From positions 41,788,001 to 41,852,000 of the forward strand of contig NC_042998.1 of assembly GCF_006345805.1 (NCBI RefSeq): DNA of 64,000 nt, in the 5' to 3' direction. The notes under the pieces are model-generated. The model was not told the DNA's origin, did not search any database, and worked only from the letters and a program-made list of their open reading frames with translations. This DNA comes from Octopus sinensis (lineage: Eukaryota). Shown here piece by piece: positions 51,121 to 62,626 of the stretch (position 1 is the stretch's first letter; each line of letters starts with the position of its first letter). The translations under genes and the position numbers were made by a program.

Positions 51121-53760
51121 CCATCATCATTATTTAATGTCCTTTTTCTGTGCTTGCTTTAGTTAGATAGGCCTTCTCCAGGACAGCATCATGGCACAAA
51201 TGATTTTTTCTGTCTTCTTTTACCTCAGATTTCTTCCACTTTGATCATTTGACACTCAAGTATCGTCTTTCATATGCATCACAAATCCATACCAGTTAAC
51301 TCTCTTTAGCACACTACATATGATTCCTCTTACACCCATTCTTTTTCTCAGATCATCTGAGCTCTCATTCATATACATTAACATTACACATCCAGTGGAG
51401 CATGCTTGCTTCATTAATTTCTAGCCTTTGCCTATCCTCTGAATCCAGTGCCCATATTTCACAGCTATTAGGTATTGCACTTTTTACACAAATCTAATAA
51501 ATTCTGCACTTCCTTTTTTGAAAGAATCCCTGTGTTTTCAGCAGAGGTAATAGCTGCTTGATCTTTTTCCACCCTGTTCCTATTTTGGCTACTCTACTTT
51601 TGAAATGCCCTTCACTACTAATTAGGTCACCTAGGTAACAGAAGCTATCAACTGCTTCTGGAGTTTTTTTTTTTTTATGTGTGGCCATGTTATTAATTAC
51701 CCTCATGCATCTGCTACATATGAAATCGTCTGTCAGCTTGCCTGCAATTCCACTGCATCTGTCATACACCCATAGTTTATATTCAGGACACAAGGCTTTC
51801 CTATCTGTTTCTCTGCATATTGAGCATGGTCACTTCCCAGAAGACAATACTCCCATTTGTTTTCTGCTGACTCTCTTTACTAGATTTTATTGTAATACAT
51901 CTTGATTCTAGGTTTTGCTTTCATAATTGAAAAATTTTCTCTGCAGTTCTTTGATAGAGTCAGTTCTGAGAATTAAGCATGCAAAAGTTCCCATAGACAA
52001 CCAGTCTTAATCGTTTTGTTACCATATTTTTGTTGAAATACACTATTCTTTGGAAAACTTGTTGCTGACTGTCACTTAAGTGACAGCCATTCATCTACAC
52101 CAACTTTTCTTAGTAATCACCAGACAACAGAACTTTCTCCAATGCACTTTGTTTATTTAACACTCTCTCATAATAACATTTCCTTCCTTCTTTTGTCTCT
52201 TTTTATCTTGGCATTTATGTGGTTAATTACATTGTTATCTTTGCATACACATTTCTCACCAATGATCTGATTCATACTGACACACTGCTTTGCAATCTCT
52301 AACTCTGTTTTTCTCTTTATCAAATATTCCTGATATCCAGCCTTTCTTCAAGCTATCTGATAGTGTTTTTAGCTACCACTATTTCCAGAAAATCTTGTGG
52401 AAGCTCCTGGTTATCTTCTACGTTATAAGTATCTATTCCCTCCTTGAAATATATTTCTCCTAGTACTTCTTTGAACCTTTTTTGGCCAAAGGATCTTTCA
52501 GCTTCCATAACTTTCCTTCTCTAGTCTTAAATCTCTGAGGTAGTTTAGGTCTTTCCTGAGATCACTTAGTAGTCTATGTGGAGAAGTATATTTTTCATTG
52601 TGGATAAATTTAGTATTCACAGCCATCTGGATATCCCATTTCCTGGTGAGTATAAATAATATTTGTCTTGCACATTCACTTGAATGTTAGGGGATCAAGT
52701 GGCTCTCTGTTTTCTGGTCATCTGTTTTGCAAATGGTTAGGTCATCTGCATTACAAAATTTCAAGAACATTGCTTGCTGTTCATTCTGTGTGTCCTAACC
52801 ATATCCTTCACATATGTTGGGACAGCAACCATGATTTTGTCCAACATGTTGGTAACTTTAATAAGTTAAAGCAGTGATAATGGGAGCTAACAGTTATTAA
52901 AGCTTGCAAAAGGAGGTCAGAGGAACACTTATTTTGCTTGTTTGTTACTCTTGATTGTGATGCATATGTAAAGATTGGTGTTGTGTTGTGTATGAGAAGT
53001 CTAAGCTTAATCATCCTACCACAATGCTGGCTACCTTAATTATTTCATATATCCATTTCTCTCTTAATATTCCTACTCCATCCTTCACAATGTTGTTACC
53101 AATTCACGAAAATTTGTTCTTGTGTTCCTTGCCCACAAAGTGTCTTGTTTAGGCTCCTTTCAACTTAACTTGTATGCACAATACACATCTACTCATGTCT
53201 GCTCTAGCTTCTCTACAATATCACAAGACCTCTGTGTTGCTGTTGGTATCCCTGAGGTTTTGAACCTGCAGGGAAGAAGAGAATTTCTGTTTCTGGCAGT
53301 GATAAGTGTGTTATTTGATGTCTGTTTTCTGAATTGAAAGGAAAGGGGGTTGATGGTAAGACCAGTTGATGATGGTTGAGAGTTTCTCATATGTGGTCAG
53401 ATGTTCCAACCTGGCCATCCTCTGCTATGTACTGTACTGATATGGTAAGATTTAGTCCTGTATATACAGTTAAGGGTTTTCATTGATTTGAATGTCATGT
53501 TTTTAGTATATTTTTTATAACTGGTTGCTCAAACCATTTTTCAGTATGGATTGAATGCATTTTGTTGTATCATACATGCTTGTTAAGAGGTTGCTAGTTA
53601 AGACTAAAGTGTCCCTTCTACACTATTGTATTGAAGTTGTGATTCACAGCTGTTGCTCACCTAGGTAGATTACTTTTGTTGCAGTTTCTGGAGTCCATGT
53701 CTCCGCTGTACAGATTTTTTACCACCATTGTTTGCACTTCATTCAGATATAGTAGCCATA
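51121..53760 (-). mobile_element. Old, heavily decayed long RTE LINE (PHD-bearing lineage)
   Basis: 'CPEYKLWVYDRCSGIAGKL...FICSRC...EAVDSFCYLGDLISSEG' at 51494-51793 and a (CAT)n tail at about 51123. The 5' extent is approximate. Confidence 0.6.
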
Positions 53761-54014
53761 TATATATATTATATATATAGGAGATGCCAATACTGGAATT
53801 GCAGATTCACCTACCCTAACAAATTTTCAGTTGATGGGGTGGGGTGGGGGAAGAAATACAGAAATGAAAGGATAGAACATAAGGACACCTGTAGTGTATA
53901 ATATTCACATCAACCCTACATGGGGAGTATATTTAGAATTTCTTGCAGTGAAGAAGACCATAACAATATAGAAAGAGAAACAAAGATAGAATGAGAAATA
54001 ATAGTTTTACTTAC

Positions 54015-54124
54015 CTGAAATTTAGATGGCTCTCTTGAGAAAATATGGGATAAATATACTATGTACTGGCGTCACTGATGCCAACATGACAGATTTTCCT
54101 GACTTAATGAATTTTCAGTGGAAA
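54015..54124 (-). other. Candidate non-coding antisense exon (110 nt)
   Basis: catctttctctctgcAG| ... TTTCAG|GTAAGT on the minus strand, with stops in all three frames. Confidence 0.4.
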
Positions 54125-54290
54125 CTGCAGAGAGAAAGATGTATGGAGTGATGTGGGTGAAGAACAAAAACACTCTCATTTTATATATGATGATGATGAG
54201 AGAGAGAGAGAGAGAGAGAATTAGAAAAAGAAGAGCATCATTCACATTTTGTTCCAACAGAAGGAGCTTATATACAATTTCTAGCTTTCA

Positions 54291-54328
<38 letters not shown>

Positions 54329-54335
<7 letters not shown>

Positions 54336-54371
54336 AGTAAACAATTATCCCATACATATACATGAACATGG

Positions 54372-54406
<35 letters not shown>

Positions 54407-54408
54407 GG

Positions 54409-54496
<88 letters not shown>

Positions 54497-54539
54497 CCAT
54501 GTTCATGTATATATATGGGATAATTGTTTACTTAAATAT
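54329..54539. repeat. Palindromic AT-rich repeat (about 60-bp arms around a TA core)
   Basis: 'atatttaagtaaacaattatcccatacatatacatgaacatggat' against its reverse complement at about 54495-54539, one mismatch. Confidence 0.9.
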
Positions 54540-55160
54540 TTTATATAGAATTCATACTTAATCCTTATTAGCATGTTTCAAGGGTTTAAAAAAAAATTTG
54601 GATGTAGTATGTGTTTATAATCATGAATTTTTCAGTACTTATCATACAACTATAAAAAAACGATAACTATTTTTGGAAAGATTCACTGTAGCAAGTAAAG
54701 TGCAAAGCATTAATAAGCAACTAAATATAAATTCCTGTGGTAGAATTTAGTGATATAACTATTGGGTCAATCCAACATTTGACCACCATGTATTATTTTT
54801 ACTCGGTCTTAAATATGAATTGCCATTTTGGATAATAAGCAAATTTGTCATTCATTTATCCTTATTACTTCTTATTTATTGCTTTATGCCTTTTACATCA
54901 TATTTCTTTATCATTTATCCTCCTCCATAAAAGAAGTTGATACTTGGGATGACATCAGATAGAAATACCCTGATGTAATTATGGGTACTATATTACATGA
55001 GTGCTATTTTATTTAAAAAAATATTTTGTATGGTTTAATAAGAAGAAGGTCGGTGCCCACAATCTATGTATGTATGTGTATGCACACACACAGACACATA
55101 CACACACACACGCACACTCACACACACACATACATACACTCACTCTCTCTCAGACACACA

Positions 55161-55355
55161 CAAGGAAGTGCTGAAAAGTTCTGGCTTTAAGGATATCGCA
55201 AAAGGCCTTGTTGAAAGCCCAACCTTTGTAGTTCATTTGCAGGGCTGTAATAAGTGTGTGAATCTCAGAGGGGAATATGTTGAATAAAATCATAATTAAC
55301 TGATCCTTCTGTATTTTCTTTTACCCAAAGTCAGGAACTTTTCAGAACTCCCTTC
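55161..55355 (+). mobile_element. Mariner-derived MITE (about 195 bp)
   Basis: TIRs ggaagtgctgaaaagttctggcttt / aaagtcaggaacttttcagaactccc. Retains the transposase end KCVNLRGEYVE*. Confidence 0.75.
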
Positions 55356-55368
55356 TATGTACATACAC

Positions 55369-55660
55369 ATGAGGGAGTATCAAAGATTATCCTTACTTTT
55401 GCCAAAAATTTCTTTATGTTGGTTGCACTGACTTCAGCACTTGCATGCTAAAAAGATGTGCTCTTGTGGTTATGTAACTGAGGTTTGACCTTGATCACTC
55501 CAGTTTTCCTTCTTGTGTTACAGTAAACATGGCTGTGTGCACCAAGGAAGGACAGAGGTCAGTGATCTGATTTCTCTAGTCTGAAGGTGTCAGGGGCTGA
55601 AATTTTTTGAGGTTTCAAGACAAGTGAGAAGAAGTTTTTCTAAGACTGGAAACCTGGCCC
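55369..55660 (+). mobile_element. Mariner 5' fragment
   Basis: 'tgagggagtatcaaag' TIR-like start and remnant CTKEGQRSVI*FL*SEGV. Confidence 0.55.
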
Positions 55661-56041
55661 AGATGCTGACAATAAAAGTAATGATATTAAACCAGATGAT
55701 GGTTTAATCTTTTAATTGAAACTCAAATACTATAAAGTATTTTGCTCCAGCACTTATTGATTCTGCTAAACTTCTCACTCTTCAGCTTCAAATTTGTTGT
55801 GGAGTTTGATATATAGTTGATCAAATCTACCTTAATATAAGAATAGTATTGCTTATCATCTTAAGATCATCACTGCTTGAGTTTGAAATGATTTTTAGAG
55901 TCCTTAATCTCTTAGAGACTATTTTCAGCATATAAAGGATGACTATGGAAAAATAGTAGCTATACTGTTGTAATTATCTTGTGTTAAAGAACTCAATATT
56001 GGCACCATGAAACACTAATTAATTCAGCTTTTAATAGTTCA

Positions 56042-57345
56042 ATGATCCATTCTAGTCGTTGTGGCTTCAGAGAGGGCTGTGGGACAGTTGATATGATCTC
56101 TACTGCATGCCAACTTCAGGAGAAGTGCAAAGAACAGAACAGGGACCTATGCACAGCATTTGTAGACCTAGCCAAGACCTTTGACACCATCAGTTATGAG
56201 GAGCTTTGGAAGATCATGGGTAAATTTGGCTGCCCAGACAAATTTATCAGCATGGTGCAACAGTTTCATGATGGCATGCTTGCTCGTGTACTGGAGAATG
56301 GAGATTCTTCCAAATCATTTCCAGTTACTAACAGGGTCAGGCAGGGCTGTGTACTCACACCTACACTGTTCAGCATGATGTTCTCAGCTATGATGTTTGA
56401 TACCTTCTGCAATGATAATGAAACCAGTATCAAAATCAGATTCAGGACTGGTGACAAACTCTTCAACCTGTGGAGGCTACAGACCAAGACCAAGGTGGAA
56501 GAGGACTCAGTGTGCAACTTCCTGTTCACAGATGACTGTGTACTCAATGCTGTCACAGAGGCCCAGATGGGCTTCACAATCAGTGCTCAGAAGTCAGAGG
56601 TCATGCACTAACCAACCCCACAGAAGTAGTTTGTAGAATCAACTATCAGTGTCAAAGAGAAAACCCTCTCCAAATCTGTGAACATTGATGGTGAAGTTGA
56701 CATACACATTGCCTAGGGAAGCTGAGCATTTGAATGGCTATGTGAATCAGTGTGGGAAAGGTGAGGTATTAGGCTGGCTACCAAGTTGAAGTTGTATGAT
56801 ACAGTTTTACTCCAATTATGAAGAAAAGAGAGGATAAAACCAATAAACTGTCCACTGTCTGTCTATCCTATGTGAAAGACCTCTCCACAAAGATACAAAA
56901 GATATGCGGCAAGACTAGGCCCCCAGACACAGAGGGTCTCTTTCAAGCTTATCTGCCAAACATTTGCGCACATCTGAAGAGAGCACAAGTCAGGTGAGTA
57001 GGACATATTCAAATGCCTGATACACGGCTCCTTAAGAGACTGTGGAAGCAAACTGGTGGAAGGCAATGCATACAAGGTGGACAGATAAGGCACTTCAAGG
57101 ACACATTCAAAGATCAACCTTCACACTTGGGAAGCACAAGCACAAGACTGCCCTGCAAATAGAACAGGATTGCAGGGGCACAAAAAACCATGAACTATGC
57201 AAGTCCAGTGCCAACTCCTTGCCTTCATTCCTTATAAGCCACTGCTGCCTGACTTGTGGCAGAGCCTTCAGAGCACACATCAGACTGATTGGCCACAGCT
57301 GAGCATACCGTAACCCATCTTCTCTCATTGTTGACAATGATAGAT
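56042..57345 (+). mobile_element. 5'-truncated RTE (BovB-like) LINE, decayed
   Basis: GFREGCGTVDMI...QLQEKCKEQ...AFVDLAKTFD, RVRQGCVLTPTLF, FLFTDD and a C-terminal CLTCGRAFRAHIRLIGH finger. Confidence 0.85.
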
Positions 57346-57360
57346 GAACTAATTAATATA

Positions 57361-57403
<43 letters not shown>

Positions 57404-57434
57404 GTATGTATGTATATATCATCATCATCATCAT

Positions 57435-57489
<55 letters not shown>

Positions 57490-57555
57490 GTATGTATGTA
57501 TATGTGTGTGTTATATATATATATATATATATTTGTAAATATATTCATCATCATC

Positions 57556-57834
57556 ATCGTCATCATCATTTAACATCCATTTTCTATGCTGGCATGGGTT
57601 GGATGGTTTGACAGGAGCCTGCAAGCCAGAGGACTGCACCAAGCTCCATTATCTGCTTCAGCATAATTTTTGCAGCTGGATGTCCTTCCTAATGCCAACC
57701 ACTTTACATAGTGGACTGAGTGCTTTTTATATAGCACCAGCACCGGTGAGGTCTGTGTGGCCTAGATTTCATGGTTGGATGACCTTCTTAATGCCAGCAC
57801 TGGTGAGGCCCACTTTGGCATGCTTCCAATCATG

Positions 57835-57835
<1 letters not shown>
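57556..57835 (-). mobile_element. RTE 3' tail fragment
   Basis: (CAT)n followed by 'ttaacatccattttctatgctggcatgggttgg...gctggatgtccttcctaatgccaacc'. Confidence 0.75.
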
Positions 57836-57898
<63 letters not shown>

Positions 57899-58078
57899 GA
57901 TGTATATATATATATATGTATGGATGTATATAATATATATATGTATGGATGTAATATATATATATATGTATGGATGTATATATATATATGTATGGATGTA
58001 TATATATATATATTATATGTATGTATGTTATATATATATATATATATTATATATATATGTATTATATATATATGTATA

Positions 58079-58110
<32 letters not shown>

Positions 58111-58144
58111 GTATGTATTATATATATATATATATGTATGTATG

Positions 58145-58175
<31 letters not shown>

Positions 58176-58235
58176 GTGTATATATATATATATTATATAT
58201 ATATATAATGTATATATATATAATATGTATGTATG

Positions 58236-58273
<38 letters not shown>

Positions 58274-58278
58274 GTATG

Positions 58279-58317
<39 letters not shown>

Positions 58318-58403
58318 ATATATATTATATATATATTATATATATATATATGTGTGTATATATATATATATATGTATGTATGTAATATATATATATGTAT
58401 GTA

Positions 58404-58492
<89 letters not shown>

Positions 58493-58621
58493 GTATATAT
58501 ATGTATATATATATATGTATATATATGTATATATATATGTAATATATGTATATATAATATATATGTATATATATATATATATATAATGTATATATATGTT
58601 ATATATATATGTATATATATG

Positions 58622-58650
<29 letters not shown>
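57836..58650. repeat. About 800-bp degenerate (TA)/(TATG) microsatellite
   Basis: Read directly. Confidence 0.95.
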
Positions 58651-58652
<2 letters not shown>

Positions 58653-59029
58653 CATCATCATCGTTTAACGTCCACTTTCCATGCTAGCATGGGTTGGACG
58701 ATTTGACTGAGGTCTGGCGAATCAGATGGCTGCGCCAGGCTCCAATCTTGATCTGGCAGGGTTTCTACAGCTGGATGCCCTTCCTAACGCCAACCACTCC
58801 GAGAGTGCAGTGGGTGCTTTTTATGTGCCACCGGCACGGGGGGCCAGTCAGGCGGTACTGGCAATGACCTTGCTCGAATCCTTTTACATGTGCCACCGGC
58901 ACAGGTGCCAGTGAAGCGACGTTGGTAACGATCACGCTTGAATGGTGCCCTTTTACGTGCCACAGGTACTGGCTTCAGTACCAGTGACACATAAAAGGGC
59001 ACCATTTGAGCGTGATCATTACCAACGTC
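58651..59029 (-). mobile_element. RTE 3' UTR/tail (second subfamily) with a fold-back at the 5' junction
   Basis: Tail matches 61920-62080. Inverted arms at 58918-58963 and 58984-59029. Confidence 0.8.
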
Positions 59030-59559
59030 CCATGTCATTACCCAGAAAAATGCAAAGATTCACTCATAAATTAAAAATAATTATTATATCATAAACACAC
59101 TTACTACTCATTATCTGACATTAAACCTTGATTACTTCTTACATACAAATTAAACTTTGTTTCTCTATCTCTCTCATGCACCCAAACTCTCCACCACACA
59201 CACACACACAAAGTAAGCAAATATATACACATACACTCGGTGCCAAGTAGTTGAAACAATAATCTGCAGCCATGCCGTGATACGCATGGCTGATTATGGA
59301 ATCACAGATGTACCTTGATTAGCAATCTATCCAGGTTATCCTTGCATCATCTTTTCATTTGACAGTTGAGCAATGAAGCCCTGAGACTGCATAGTTTTAA
59401 GGATTCTCAAAGCTTTTTTGGCACTCTTTGCAATGCGATAATTCCATATATATATATGTATATATATATATCTATATATATATATGTATATATATATATG
59501 TATATGTAGAGAGACTTAGTAATTTTAATATTTCTCTCTCTCTCTCTCTATATATATAT

Positions 59560-59937
59560 ACTAGCAGTATCACCCGGCATTGCTTTAGAATTGGAATTTT
59601 TGAAAAGTAAAAATTTTGCATTATGTAGCTTGTTATTCTCTAGCTTGTTATTTAAGTGAACATTTTTCTGGTTGAAATACACGAAAAATGGCGACAGTAA
59701 AAAAATCGTAAAAAATAGGGATTTTCATAGAAAAAAAGCACCTTTTTGATGTAAATAATTTTTGGTGATAACATAGTCTGATTTGAATTTTTTCTTCTAT
59801 GGAAGGAAGAGCAAGCCTTCTTCTATCATACTCTTAATTTTGGTCAACTTGCGCCGCAGGGTCTCGGAGGAGATAGTGTTAGTTGAAGGCTACCAAACCT
59901 GCCATACACAGACAACTTCAGCTTTATATATATAGAT
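59560..59937 (+). mobile_element. Non-autonomous rolling-circle element (Lep1/DINE-like Helitron relative)
   Basis: Starts ACTAGCAGTATCACCCGGCATTGC and ends 'ggtctcggaggaga...acagacaacttcagctttatatatatagat', the typical end structure of these families. Confidence 0.6.
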
Positions 59938-60362
59938 AATTGGTATGTGTTCACAAAGTCCAAACGATTAATACGAAAAATCCCTCCAGGCTACATCCCA
60001 AAAATTCATTTCTTAGCCAAATTTCTACAATGTTTACGGCGATTCATTTTTATATCTTGATTTTTTATTTTTCATGCAATTTACGCATGCTTGCATGCGT
60101 GGTGAACACAGTTCACGTCAAACAGCTGACTGAGTAAATTTCACTATTCAATGCATGGGATAAGGCCTAAACAAACATATTGTTGATTTTTGCACTTGCG
60201 AGATGAATTTCGGAACAGAAATAGCGCAGTTCAATTTTCATTCGCCTAAACTTTAAGTGACCCATTTTTGGTGGTTCTACAATTTGTTAGCTAGGAGGAG
60301 ATGTGCCGGGAAGTTAAACACACAGACACACACACAGATACACACACAGACACACAAGTTGA

Positions 60363-60395
<33 letters not shown>
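59938..60395 (+). mobile_element. Second Helitron-like non-autonomous element, head-to-tail with the first
   Basis: Ends 'ctaggaggagatgtgccgg...(ACAC/ACAG)n...agttttatatatata'. CpG-rich body. Confidence 0.45.
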
Positions 60396-60407
<12 letters not shown>

Positions 60408-60421
60408 GTATATATGTATAT

Positions 60422-60540
60422 ATAGTTTCCATCAACCGAGTTTCCCTCACAAGGCATTGGTCAGTTTGTGGGTATGCTAGAAAATACCAGCTGGGTGTCC
60501 ATAGTAGTGAAGGACCTTTCTTAACTGCTCAGCCATGCCT
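60422..60540 (-). mobile_element. SINE family B head, decayed
   Basis: 'ctcacaaggcattggtcag...ttcttaactgctcagccatgcc'. Confidence 0.55.
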
Positions 60541-62074
60541 ATGTCTATTAACTGGAAAACATATTAAATGTTACAATACATCTTGTGCATGCTTCAATCT
60601 CAAATATTCATTTTGTTACAGATTGTGCAGTCATGCCATGAATCTACCTGCAACTTCTAAACTTTGGTTCTCTGCCAGTCTTGCTTCATTTTCTGTTTTC
60701 CCATTTCTGGTATTGAGCTAATATCTCCCGCCTATTATCAAATTAACTAAACAAGCAATTAGTGTTACATTAGCCCCACATAATGCTTTCAGCTTATTCA
60801 TAGCTGTTCCTATGTTTTGAATTGCTTTCATCAATAGCTTTGCAGTTGATTGTTGTTCCAATAATAATCTATATTCAACAGTCTCCAAAAAATGACATTT
60901 CAGTATTAAGTGTGTCCATGTCAATTCAAACACACTTCTATTCATAATTTTGAATACACTATTTCTCAATTCCATATCCTTTGTTTCTCATTCATTCTCT
61001 TGGTGCAAGATAATAATTTTTTTTAACTGACAAGTAGGTACTTTATCTTCAAATATATTTTGTATTTCACTATTCTGTTAACTGCTACCTAGTCAATAGT
61101 TTTCTGTAGGTTGTTCTATAGGAACATTCAAGCCCCCTCAATTCTGGAGAAGTTCTCTGCACCAGTCTCTCTTTCCAACTGCTAGTACTTTTTTGGAAGA
61201 TCACTCTGAGTCAATGAAGTAGCTACCATGTAGTCGCTTGACCTGCTAGAAATAGCAACAAGTGCCTTAGGAATCTTTGGAGATAGGCTTTGCAAAGTGC
61301 CTTTGTTTATAGATCTAGTTGATTAGAGTTGATATGGATTCAAACAACAAAATCTTTCACTTTATCATGATTCTTGTTTTCCTGCTTTTCATCTTGAATT
61401 CACAAACCAGTAGCCTGTGTTGGTCACTCACCAGAAATAGGTTTAATATTCATGATCATTAGCATTTTCCCCATATAAGGCAAAGGCCGGTTGGTTCACA
61501 GAACTTGTTGATTATTTTGGTGGCTGACTTTCTGAAATTTGTACCTTTTATTGTAAAATTATCAATATCCTAAAACTTTGGGAACCTCATTTACTCTTCA
61601 TTTCTTGCCATGCGCACAACTTTCAGATAGACTATTGCTACCTTTCTGTTGATTCCAAATATACCTGTTAAAATCCATGATCTTTTATGCCCATCTATCT
61701 TTGATTTAGCTTACTTAAGGTTTTCGTCTTCATACGATGGATGTAACTAGCTACTGTAGATGTGTCTATAGGAACAAGTGTAATGTGAGTTTAACCTTGC
61801 ATCTAGCAAGAAAGCCACATGCATCTCCTTATTGTTATCACATTTGCTTTATCCAGTTTATTTTTGCTACATTTGATTCTCTGTCTCTTGAAGTCAGTTT
61901 CATCATCATCATCATCATCATCATTTAACGTCCGCTTTCCATGCTAGCATGGGTTGGACGGTTCAACTGGGGTCTGGGGAGCCCGAAGGCTGCACCAGGC
62001 CAGTCAGATCTGGCAGTGTTTCTACAGCTGGATGCCCTTCCTAACGCCAACCACTCCGAGAGTGTAGTGGGTGA

Positions 62075-62400
62075 TTTTATGTGCCACCGACACAGGTGCC
62101 AGACGAGGCTGGCGAACGGCCACGCTCGGATGGTGTTTTTATGTGCCACCGACACAGGTGCCAGATGAAGCTGGTGAACGGCCACGCTCAGATGGTGTTT
62201 TTATGTGCCACCGACACAGGTGCCAGACAAGGCTGGCAGACGACCACGCTCGGATGGTGTTTTTATGTGCCACCGACACAGGTGCCAGATGAGGCTGGCA
62301 GACGGCCACGCTCGGATGGTGTTTTTATGTGCCACCGACACAGGAGCCAGATTAGGCTGGTGATCGGCCACGATTGGATGGTGATTGTTACGTGCCCACA
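62075..62400 (-). repeat. 62-bp minisatellite (5 units) in the RTE 3' UTR
   Basis: 'ccgacacagg' at 62087, 62149, 62211, about 62273 and about 62335. Confidence 0.9.
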
Positions 62401-62626
62401 GCATGGAGGCCAGTCGGTGCGGTACTGGCTACGGCCACGTTCGGATGGTTTTCTTGTGTGCCACCGGCACTGGTACCACAAAGATACAAATTCCATTGAT
62501 GTTCATCTATTTTGATTTTGTTTGATTTTCACTTGCCTCAACAGGTATTCACAAGTGTCACAAGAAGGAAGGTATGCACAGGTGGACTGACTACGTCCCA
62601 GGTAGGGGCCACGGGTTATGGCCTGA

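Noticed and set aside
57599-58687. Long YIYI/VCVC/IIII/SLSL ORFs in the track (also 15894-16515, 32204-32962, 37045-37643)
   Set aside because: These are translations of stop-free microsatellites, not genes.
59267-59292. 11-bp hairpin CAGCCATGC-cgtgatacg-CATGGCTG
   Set aside because: Too short and isolated to assign a function.
60540-61800. Possible decayed L1/Tx1-like LINE on the minus strand ('WILTGIFG')
   Set aside because: Only one weak motif, with no RT signature recovered.
39700-61900. Search for the next CACNB exon (GSA(D/E)S...SLEED/E)
   Set aside because: Not found by eye. It is presumed to lie beyond the window, so no exon was called.
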